The notes under the pieces are model-generated. The model worked only from the letters and a program-made list of their open reading frames with translations. It had not been told where the DNA came from and ran no database searches. A DNA stretch of 63,889 bases, the filler included, from Reticulomyxa filosa (taxonomy: Eukaryota; Protista; Foraminifera): assembly GCA_000512085.1 (NCBI GenBank). It is 20 parts of 20 records of this genome, joined end to end, with 100 filler letters (N's around TTAATTAATTAA, not from the genome) between each part and the next. Parts side by side here need not be neighbours in the genome. Positions count along the whole stretch, not along the records: positions 51,505 to 58,848 come from ASPP01027885.1; positions 58,949 to 60,622 come from ASPP01010364.1; positions 60,723 to 62,629 come from ASPP01029505.1; positions 62,730 to 63,889 come from ASPP01026310.1; 16 more parts are not named here. One strand, written 5' to 3'. This document shows positions 54,416-63,889 of the stretch, piece after piece. How positions within the stretch are numbered: position 1 is the first letter of the stretch; every line of letters begins with the position of its first letter. The position numbers and the translations under genes are program-made.

Positions 54416-55557
54416 ATGAGGCCTAGAAAGCGTTCTCGTGCATTTTTTGAGCATGAGAATGAAGAATTCAAGGCTATGACTTTTTGGAATGATAATCGTC
54501 CATGTCAATTTCAACCTGACGAAGACACCCGTCTTCGTCTTCACCCAAGGAACGAAAACACCAATGCATTTTCAGTGGACGAAAATTTGAGTTAAATGTG
54601 ATTGAGATCCAAAACAACAAAATAAAGGGGGGAAAAAAAAAAGTACAACAGAGCAAAAACAAACAAACAAATAACCCCAAACAGGAGATAACGACATAAG
54701 CATCATTAGTCACATTAACCCCGAGAATCTTTCATCTTCACATGTCCCTTCCTTTATCAATAACCTTCCCAATTTTAATCCTTTCTTTTCCTCTTTACAA
54801 GTGTTTCAAATTTCGGATGATTCATTTCCATCCCATTTACTATCCCCTCCAACAGTTTGCTCTCTTTCCGACACACACTCTTTTTTTTTTTTTTTTTTAA
54901 TACTCTTAACTTTCCTTTGCCCCCAAAAAAAAAAAAAAAGAAGGAAGCGACGACAGAGCGGAAGAGAGTCAACACTATCTAGTAATTTGTTACAAGAAAT
55001 GAACGAAGAGATTAATGCAATTGTAAGAAACAGCACTGTCAATAGCGATCTCCAACTCGACACCAGTCACGAGCAGAATTATAACGATGATGATGATGAT
55101 GACAATGAGAACGAGAACGAGAATGAGAATGAGAATGGTAATGAAGATGAAAAAAAAGACGAAGAGAGCAATAATAACAACACCGACAATGGCAACCATA
55201 CGAACATTACAAACAATATCACCGACAACAGCAGTCCCAATGACAATACAAACCCAAATGAAAACGCCAATGAAAGTGGACATGGACATCAAATCGCAAA
55301 CGAAAATGGGGATGAAAATGGCAAAGAGAATGACAGCGAAATAAAAGTAAAGACAAAAGCGGACGAAACGGGAACGGGTGAGTTTGATGAACTAATCGGT
55401 GGATACGACGAACAACTCTTCATTACCGAAAAGTGCCATCTTATCGATCACTTCATTTGCGCAATGTTACACATCACTCTATATTTCAATAAAATATTGA
55501 TATCCTCACTATTTTTTTTTTTTGGAAAAAATGTTAGCTAATAAAATCAAACATTAA

Positions 55558-55589
<32 letters not shown>

Positions 55590-56640
55590 GTATATAATAA
55601 ATGAAGATGTCAACACATATGCCGCGAACCAACGTACAGTGGATGCAGTGCGGGTCACTTTGGATGTAAGGTGTGTTTGAGGAGATATTACAGCGAGTAC
55701 ATTGAGACCTGTCCGTTGTGCCAAGAGACTGTGAATCCGAACAAATGCAGCACGTACTTGAAGCCCAATCACACTGCCAAAGGTCTAATGAATGACTTGC
55801 TGTTTGTGAAATGTCCGAATGCTTGCAAAGGCTGTTCATGGACAGACAAGTTGGGATCGTTGCAATCTCACATTCAATTCCAATGCGATTTTCAATTCCA
55901 ACTCTGCACTTTCTGTCAAAATCGCTCCATTCTTCGAAAAGACTTTGCATCCCATCTTGCTCTTTGTCCGGATGTCGTCATCCCATGTTCTCAGATTTGT
56001 GGTATGTATACATATATATATATTTTTTTTTTTTTTTTTTGTTCCTATCTTTTGTGCATGTGTGTGTTTTTCTATTATTATATTTGTTTGGCAAACTACG
56101 TATAATATTAATAATAAATATTATGTATTCTATATCTTAAGGACAATTAGTGCGTCGAGGAATGATGAAGACTCATATGAATGAGGAATGTCCTTGCGTA
56201 GTGGTGCCATGCACGAATCACGGATGCCAAGAACAAATCGCTCGTGGAGTATTGCGTCGACACGTCAAACATGAATGCTTGTTTCGATCTGTCAAATGCT
56301 CGTTTGCTAAATATGGATGCAATATTGGACGCATCGCTTATTCCGATTTATTGAAACATAACAAAGAATTTGAAGTCCAACACTTGCATCTCCAAGTGGC
56401 ATACCATGGCTCCAAAATCGATGTTTTGGAACAGGTTGGTGTCTTCATTTTGTATTACATGCATGTACACAAAGTATTTACATATTGGTGTGTGTATATG
56501 TGAAGAAAATAAGAAATGACAAAAAAACCATGAATGAAATGAATTCAATGATTCACCATCTCAACAGAGAATTGGTGGAATCACGCGCAAAGGTCGACCG
56601 CATTGAGGCACTTGTAATGCGCAACATAAACTTTAGATAA
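54416..56640 (+). CDS. RING plus TRAF-type zinc-finger protein with N/D/E-rich N-terminus (6 exons)
   Basis: CAI|CQHICREP..GCSAGHFGCKVC..CPLC (RING), VKCPN..GCSW..LQSH, C..C..HL.LCP, CTNHGC..HV..EC..VKCSF..YGC, then a coiled-coil end. All introns are GT-AG and in frame. Confidence 0.85.
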
Positions 56641-57310
56641 AATATTACAAACTCAAATTGTACACTTCTCTTTCTTTGTCCTCACTCCAACTCCAAATTT
56701 ATCGATTTTTTAAAGTAAATGTCTTTCTCTAGGATGGACTTTGCAGAAATGAAAAAAAATATAAGCTTAAAAACATTCACAAGTATTCAAATAAAATATT
56801 TCTCCATAAGTGATTTTCAAATGACATGATTGAAGTATCAAATCTTTTTCTTTGAGTACGTACATCTGTAACTTGTAGATATTATCAGTTCTTATTGCAA
56901 ACTATATTTTTTTGATACATTAGTGCCAATAAACATTGCATATAATTGACATCAGAATATATTTCATTTTTTGCAACAGTAAGTCCATTAATATTAACTA
57001 TAAAAAAATGATTAACTTTTTTTTTATGTTACCAACAAGCTTTTCAAATATATTTTGAAATCATATGAATTGGGTCAGAAAATTGTATTACATTTGTTTT
57101 AAAAAAGGACTAGATTAAATTTAGACAGGTTTTTAGCGTTTTCATGAGCACTTATATAACATACTAAATGAAAGCATATTATTATAATCATATGAAGTAA
57201 TTTTACAAATAGATTTCTTTGCAATGAAATCTGTACAAGCAAACAAAATAAATTTCTAATCTTGATCGAAAAACACGTTTCAAAAAATTAATTAAAAAAT
57301 CCCCCTTTGA

Positions 57311-58848
57311 ATGTCAAAACCGGCAAAGCATCACCCTTTGCGAGGGGTATTAGATGTACCGCGAGATTTATTATCTCGAAAAGGAGTGAAACCATATGAA
57401 AAGCCTCGTGGTTTAACGGGTACATGCATAGTTGGTGACGAGACAGGATTGATAAAAGTGGTGAGTTTAAAACAGCAAAACGTAGTGAAAACGTGGGGAA
57501 CGCAAAGTCCAAACAATAAAATAGTGAAATTACTGTGGGCATATCCGGATACTGAGCAATCACAAATCCAAGATGAGTTCTTGTCAGTCTTAGGAAATGG
57601 GGACATTCGTTTATACCAAACGGCGACGGGAGCGTTTACCACCTTAATCAAAACGAGCAACGACGATAAAATTCGAACTTCCTTCAAAAAGGGGCCAGCC
57701 AAAGTGCATTCAACCCTTGTCGGAGCCGACGTCCTCTACAACACATTCGATACAACGTCGGATCACAAAAAGCGGATGCTTTGGACCTGTACCGAGCACG
57801 GCGACTTGCAATTGTGGGGACTGGATTACCATTCCAGCAAGAAATCAGACGACGACCCTCTGGAAAATATTGCCTTCCACCCAAGCATTACGGAATCGCG
57901 CAAGTTGAGAAATTTACCTGACGATGGCAATACCACATCTTATGCCAGAACAAAAAAATCCTCGAAAAAACAAGTATTAATAACTGGTTTTAATGTGAAC
58001 AAGCAAAGCAACAAAAGTAGCAGTGGCAATGACGAGATGACGTGTCAAAAAAAAAATAAAAGCAAAAAAGAAAAAGAAAAAGAAAAAACGCCGAAATGGT
58101 GCAGATTGCGTCGAATATATGATCGAACAGGATATAGCAATTATGGGTTGGAGCAACGGGGGACGATAAAAGTAATGAAGTGTCACCGACGAAGTATGAG
58201 CGATTGTCCGTATATAGCAATTGGTGGGAATGATCGTCCGGTGGAAATATGGGATTTTAATAAAGAAAAGTGCATAATGAAAGGAAAGCGACGGGTCGAT
58301 TATTTGAATTTAGAACAACCCATGACGATCAATGACTTGGATTGGTCGAAAATGGATCCCAATATTTGCGTGGCGGGCACATCGCAGTCGCAAGTGTTTT
58401 TGTTCGATTTGCGAAGTGATAAGACGGCGTTGGTGCAAACGATGGCCGATGGCTATGGCGTCACTTGTGTCAAGGTCAAATCCAAACAAAAGCTATTGGT
58501 TGGTATGAGCAATGGCTTCGTCTTCGAATTCGATTATTTGATGTCCATTTATGAGAGAGGGCGCATGTATCGCAGGTACAGAAATGCTGTCTTGGGTAGC
58601 GTTCGAGATATTGATTGCCATCCCACCAAAGAAATGTTTGCCTCTGTTGGCTTGGGCAGATATTTAACTGTTCATCGCTTCAACAGACCTCATTTCCCGT
58701 TGCTCCAACTTTATTTGAAACAAAGGCTCACGTCTGTCTTGTTCTCCAAACAATTTGAAACACATTTCGATCCCTCCATTCAAGACAAACCACACGCTGA
58801 TGATAATAATGAGAATAATGGTGATGGCGATGATAATAATAATAATAA
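57311..58848 (+). CDS. WDR74: WDR74/Nsa1-like ribosome biogenesis WD40 protein; 3'-truncated
   Basis: GDETGLIKVV, IAIGGND..VEIWD, DYLNLEQP, GSVRDI.CHP, SVGLGRYL.VH, LYLKQRLTSVLF. Confidence 0.8.
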
Positions 58849-58972
58849 NNNNNNNNNNNNNNNNNNNNNNNNNNNNNNNNNNNNNNNNNNNNTTAATTAA
58901 TTAANNNNNNNNNNNNNNNNNNNNNNNNNNNNNNNNNNNNNNNNNNNNAAAAAAAAAAAAAAACAAGTTTGT

Positions 58973-59648
58973 TTATGCATCAGTTTTGGTTTCGACTTTA
59001 TCGGAATCGTCAGATAAAATTTGTTTAATTTCATCGGGTGATTTACCTTTGATCAAAGTGGCGATTTTGGCACAGCCCAAGTGAAGTAGCGAAGGCACGT
59101 CCATATAGTTAGCACCCAAGATAACCTGGAAAATGACTTTTTTTGACATGTTGTTGATAAAGTCGGCATCCCATTTGTCTTCAACAATTTTCTCCATTTT
59201 TACACTTCTGATTGGCTTGGCAATCTCTGCTGGAACTTTGCCATCGTGATGTTTCAAGTAATCCACTATCAATGCCAATATATCTCCTTTCACTTTCTTA
59301 ACTGGAATTTCTGTTGTTGATGGATCTGTTACAATCAACATTTTCGACGACCGTCAATGTCAAACACACACAATACCACAATGACATATTTTAAAACAAT
59401 CCATAAAAAAAAAATTTTAAAAAGTACGTATAATAATTTTTTTAAAATCCTTTTTCAAAAAAAAAATAAAATAAAACATTACCTCCTTCTACAATGCTTC
59501 TTACTAATTTACTCATTTCTGCTGCTTTCTTATTAACAGAAAATTTTTGTGGGTCTGTTTCTTCCATTGACACTAGTGCCAGAACTCGTTCTTCTTCGTC
59601 GTCCAAACCTCCTTCTTGTGCAACGTCTTTCTTTTCTTCAGTTGCCAT
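58973..59648 (-). CDS. SKP1: S-phase kinase-associated protein 1 (SCF adaptor), 2 exons
   Basis: AAEMSKLVRSIV, EIPVKKVKGDILALIVDYL.HH, WDADFI, ILGANYMDV.SLL.LGCAKIATLIKGKSPDEI. Confidence 0.93.
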
Positions 59649-60402
59649 CGCGTTTACAATCCTTTTGCTTGTTTATTATTTGTTTTGAGAAAAAAAACGT
59701 GCATAGTAGCCACATTCACAAAAAAAACAACTGCCTCGTTTGCAAATTACTAACCTTTAGAAATAAATTAAACTTCTAATTAGGTGTGATAAACAATAGC
59801 TAAGCACAAGGAGATATTCCAGAAAGGAACAATTGCTCGAAACTTTTTACGGGTTTGCCTACTTCGTAACTCTTCCTCTTTTTTTTGCGACCGATAAGAA
59901 AATTCAGTAAATAATCCATATAAACGCACTTTTTCCTCATGGTGTCTCCACATAGTTACACTTTTTTATTTGCAGCTTTCTTACAAAAAATAACAGCCCG
60001 TTGAAAAGCATGGATAATTATTTATTTTGATTGAGTTATTTATTTCTATGGATTGTTAAATTTCTTGGTGTGTAATATGTGAAAACACAGCTTAAAGAGT
60101 TTTTTTTGAAGGTTTTACCCCGTTCTTAACCAATTGATCAAAAAAAGACATACAACGAAATAAAAACACAAAATGAAATTTTTGACCATAAGTTCTTTGC
60201 AGCAATTGAATGATTGCCTGAAGAAAATAGATTTGGAAGATCATTATCTGTGCGGCGCTCTGCACTGTTTTTCGCGTTTCGAGAATTAAACAATATCCTT
60301 TAAATTCGTCTTTTGTTTATTTTTAATCGAAGAGACATTTTATTCCCTTTTTTTTTTTTTTTTTTTCCTTTTCTTCCATCCTGAAAAACAAATGAACAAA
60401 AA

Positions 60403-60530
60403 AATGTCTGAACGTAGTGAAAATGGTAAAAAACGACAAAAAATTGGCAAGCCAATTAAAAAGAGAGTATTCAAATGAAGAGATAATGAAGCAATACGTG
60501 AACCAGCACAAATATATGGATGCAACAGAA
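60403..60530 (+). CDS. First exon of an unknown gene (truncated by contig end)
   Basis: MSERSENGKKRQKLASQLKREYSNEEIMKQYVNQHKYMDATE, followed by a GTTAAT donor and poly-A intron. Confidence 0.4.
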
Positions 60531-61801
60531 GTTAATGATTTTTGATTGGGTGCAACAAATTTAAAAAAAAAAAAAAAGAAAAAAAAAACCCCAAAAAAAA
60601 AAAAAAAAAAAAAAAAAAAAGANNNNNNNNNNNNNNNNNNNNNNNNNNNNNNNNNNNNNNNNNNNNTTAATTAATTAANNNNNNNNNNNNNNNNNNNNNN
60701 NNNNNNNNNNNNNNNNNNNNNNGCTAAAATAATTTTATGATCAAAACTAATTCTCTGATATTGCAAGGAGGATTCGAAAATAATGTACTCTTCAAAAAAA
60801 CATGGAAAAAACGTCTTAATTATAAACAGCTCCCTTTTTGTTCTTGGCCAGCACAAAGTTTTCTCGAATTCGCGCAAGTGTGAGCGTGGAAACTTTGTCC
60901 AGCTAAAAAAATTCCGACTAATAATGGGGCAAGCCAAAAACCAATTTGCTTCAGATGTTGCCCTTCGTAAATCTAGTATTCAATCATTGAAGAAGAAATT
61001 CTTATAACTGAACTTTTAGGGATATTAATACTATATCAATACTTATTTCGGTTACTTTCACTTTTTATGAAATTTGCTAAGCAGATGTCTATCAAATATC
61101 TGTCCAAATAAGTTTTGGATAACAGAACAGCAAGTAATACAAGAAATACTCATCAAAATAATATATTAAGAGATCGTGCTAAGAACAAAACATTACATTA
61201 AATTTATCACAGTAACGTACTTTTTTGTTGTACGTAAATTTTTATAAGTGGTTGCAACATTTCTGCTTTCTTTGTATGATGTATAGTTCTACTAAAAATA
61301 GGACTAGATACACACGAATTCTAAAAGTAAAAAAACTGTAAAATTATTAGTTGTACAAATTTCGAGCGTCTAAGAATATTTCAATAATGTTAATTGTAAA
61401 TATTTCGTTCGAGGTAGACTTCATTACTTTTGCATTTTGTTTTATTTAAAATTTTAACTTCATTTGTTATTCGCCCTTTGCCACGTAGTACCAATAAATG
61501 ACTTTGCTTGTTTGTCCAGAAATTGAACAAAAAAATTATGTCCACGGAATATCGACGAAAACGGAAGATAAAAAATATTATACATTTTTTTTATTTATAA
61601 GTTAAACGTTTTTTAATTTAAATGGTCAACTTATGCATGTGTTATTTATCGAACGTTTTATTTTTTATAATAATACAACCTGAGCCTTATTGTACAAGTT
61701 TAAATAATTTTTCGTTATTTAAGAAAGTTTCTCTTATGATGATATTAAATGAAATGAAACAGGCTAAAGGGTAACAAAATGATGATCAATGGCGCAAAAG
61801 G

Positions 61802-62287
61802 CTAAGCCACAAAAATATTACACAATACGATAATCAAAAATGTAATTGGCCTGATTTTCAACAGAACGGCTTGATCGTGCATAGCGAACAAAGGATTATA
61901 GTTGTTTGTCACAAAGTGGCTTGTTCCTTCTGCTTTTTTTTTTTTACGAAGCTCGTCAGCTGCTTTTTGCAGCTCTCTAATTTTGTACAGTCACGAAAAA
62001 TATTAAAGAATTAATTTAAAATAAATGGTAACTTTGCTTGTTGTTTGAGATTTTATATGGTTGCTTGGTTTTGGGAATGGATAACTTTTGCTTCCTGTTA
62101 ACGTGCAACCTCAAAAACTTGTCAGAAAAAAAGAAAAAACATGTACCTTGATCATCTGTTTAACACTTTCCAATATTTCTCTTTCCTCTTCTCCCAGCTG
62201 CGATGTGTCAATGGAATCGATGTCATAGTGAGTGTCCGATCCAAATCTGTTGTGTTCTTTTTCCACAATTTTAACAGTTTCTGCCAT
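61802..62287 (-). pseudogene. Small coiled-coil tail-anchored protein gene with one in-frame TAA
   Basis: Three exons splice in frame (MAETVKIV..QMIK|EAKVIHSQNQATI*NLKQQAK|ELQKAADEL..ITFLIIVLCNIFVA*). TAA at 62055-62053. Confidence 0.5.
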
Positions 62288-62729
62288 AGTATTGTTGAAC
62301 GCACAAAAAGAAAGGAAAAATTGCTTTTGCTTTATATTCCGTTTCTCATAATTTCTTTTTCATACATAATTTTTACAAAAATACAAATATTTGCCAGCCT
62401 ATTTGTAAAAATGTAACAAATATTATGTTTTCCTTTTTAATCTTTGCAAGAAGCTTTGAGTTTGAACTAAATGTTTACTTTATAGAAATCATGAAAAACA
62501 TAACCTCATAAGGTTGTAATCGATATACTTTTTGTAAAGATGTATGCTTTGAAAAAAAATTTGAACCAATGTGAATTCTTGATACAATTTTGAGGGAGAG
62601 GAGATGATTTTTTGAAACATGATCAAAACNNNNNNNNNNNNNNNNNNNNNNNNNNNNNNNNNNNNNNNNNNNNTTAATTAATTAANNNNNNNNNNNNNNN
62701 NNNNNNNNNNNNNNNNNNNNNNNNNNNNN

Positions 62730-63889
62730 TTTTTTTTTGTAATTACTCAAAATATACGATTGTTGTTGTTGGTACGATAAGTTTAAGCAATAAGGGGCGT
62801 TGGAAACTACGTATTTTTCCACGAGAAATTTAAAATTCTGTCGGGGTGTCAAATCTGTATCAAATACAATTTCTGATTTCACTATTTCAGGTGGCAAAAT
62901 GATGGTGTATATCTTCACCGTTTTCATTTTTGACCACCAAAGAATTTTTAAATTGCGTAAATTCAATAATTGCTTTTTTTTTTATACATGGATCAATACA
63001 AAACATTGTGACTATAATTTTTTTGTTGTTGTTTTTTTACTTTGTTGCTGACCTAACAAATTTTCTTGGCAAAATTCACTAAACAAAAAAACCATAAATA
63101 CTTTCAATCAATGAATATCACTTAAAAAAAATTCCTCTAGGCCCAAGTGATTGAAAAATTTTTCGTAATGATCTTTCTCGTCATTGTGTTGTTTCGATAT
63201 TTGACGCTGAACTGTCAAGTTGTGTCGTGTTGCATTCTGTTTATCATTAGCATATAGTGCAAAAGAAGACAAATGTCGAATTTCTCCACAATAATTCTTC
63301 ATAAAACGTAGCAATTTTTCTAACTTGAATACACTATATGTCATGCTCATAATACATCCAAAGTCCCCAATACAAAACAGCGGCTGAAAGACGCTCAAAT
63401 ACCAAAAATAAGGACAAGTATTTGTAATCTACATCAATAAGCGATATTATCGTGTATATTGCGAAAGTAATTCCCAACAACAGTAGCCAACACAACACTT
63501 TCTTGATCTCACTTTTGATATTAATATAATCTACATACGCCGGAGTATTAATCCTTTTTTTTTTTTTTTTAATGTCCCTCCAAACGAATATAAAAGAAAA
63601 GTGTGCGCAACCACATGCAAAAATACTTGTGTTTAAAACGTAAACAATTAACCAATTAACAAATTAAAAAGAGAGCAATAAAGTGATACGTCTATGCATC
63701 CCTCCACGTATACCTCTTTTTTTTTTTAATAAAAGCAGGGAGTACAAACCATAAATAGAGCCCAAAAAAAGCCAAAAACAAAAAGGGTGAGAATTTCGAA
63801 AATCCTGCTGACAGAGCCAAGCTGCAAGGAGTCGCTAATGATGATGACGATAATTTCAAACAGACATAACGGTAGTAATATCTTTTTAG
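62730..63889 (-). CDS. Multi-TM plus RGS domain protein (7TM-RGS type), fragment with lesions
   Basis: TM segments, a DYINIKSEIKK loop, then YEKFFNHL..E, IIEFTQFK, LPPEIVKSEIV and LVEKYVVSNAPYCLNLSY (RGS: KYI...AP.E.NI). Confidence 0.65.

Overview
This window is AT-rich, intron-containing eukaryotic genomic DNA. It is about 20 unrelated contigs joined by an artificial 100-nt linker (N44-TTAATTAATTAA-N44). Gene-family content (decayed WD40, HEAT-like and TPR repeat genes, RING-TRAF, 7TM-RGS) and introns full of (AT)n and poly-A/T suggest a foraminiferan such as Reticulomyxa; this is inference. Recognisable genes are a CLC-6/7-type Cl-/H+ exchanger, a C2H2 zinc-finger protein, a VWD-EGF membrane protein, a ZCCHC10-like protein, a BEACH-WD40 protein, a Kelch fragment, an IQGAP/GAP1-type RasGAP, a kinesin 5' end, a UBE2D/E-like E2, a UBL-4TM protein, a GH18 chitobiase, PEN-2, a RING-TRAF protein, WDR74/Nsa1, Skp1 and a 7TM-RGS protein. 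A Tc1 fossil and many pseudogene remnants are also present. Three observations stand out: (1) an E2 fused to an F-box-like N-terminus with its catalytic Cys replaced by Met; (2) splice signals that depart strongly from the eukaryotic norm (GTT donors, AAG acceptors, usually no polypyrimidine tract); (3) frequent single-base frame disruptions, most likely homopolymer sequencing errors.
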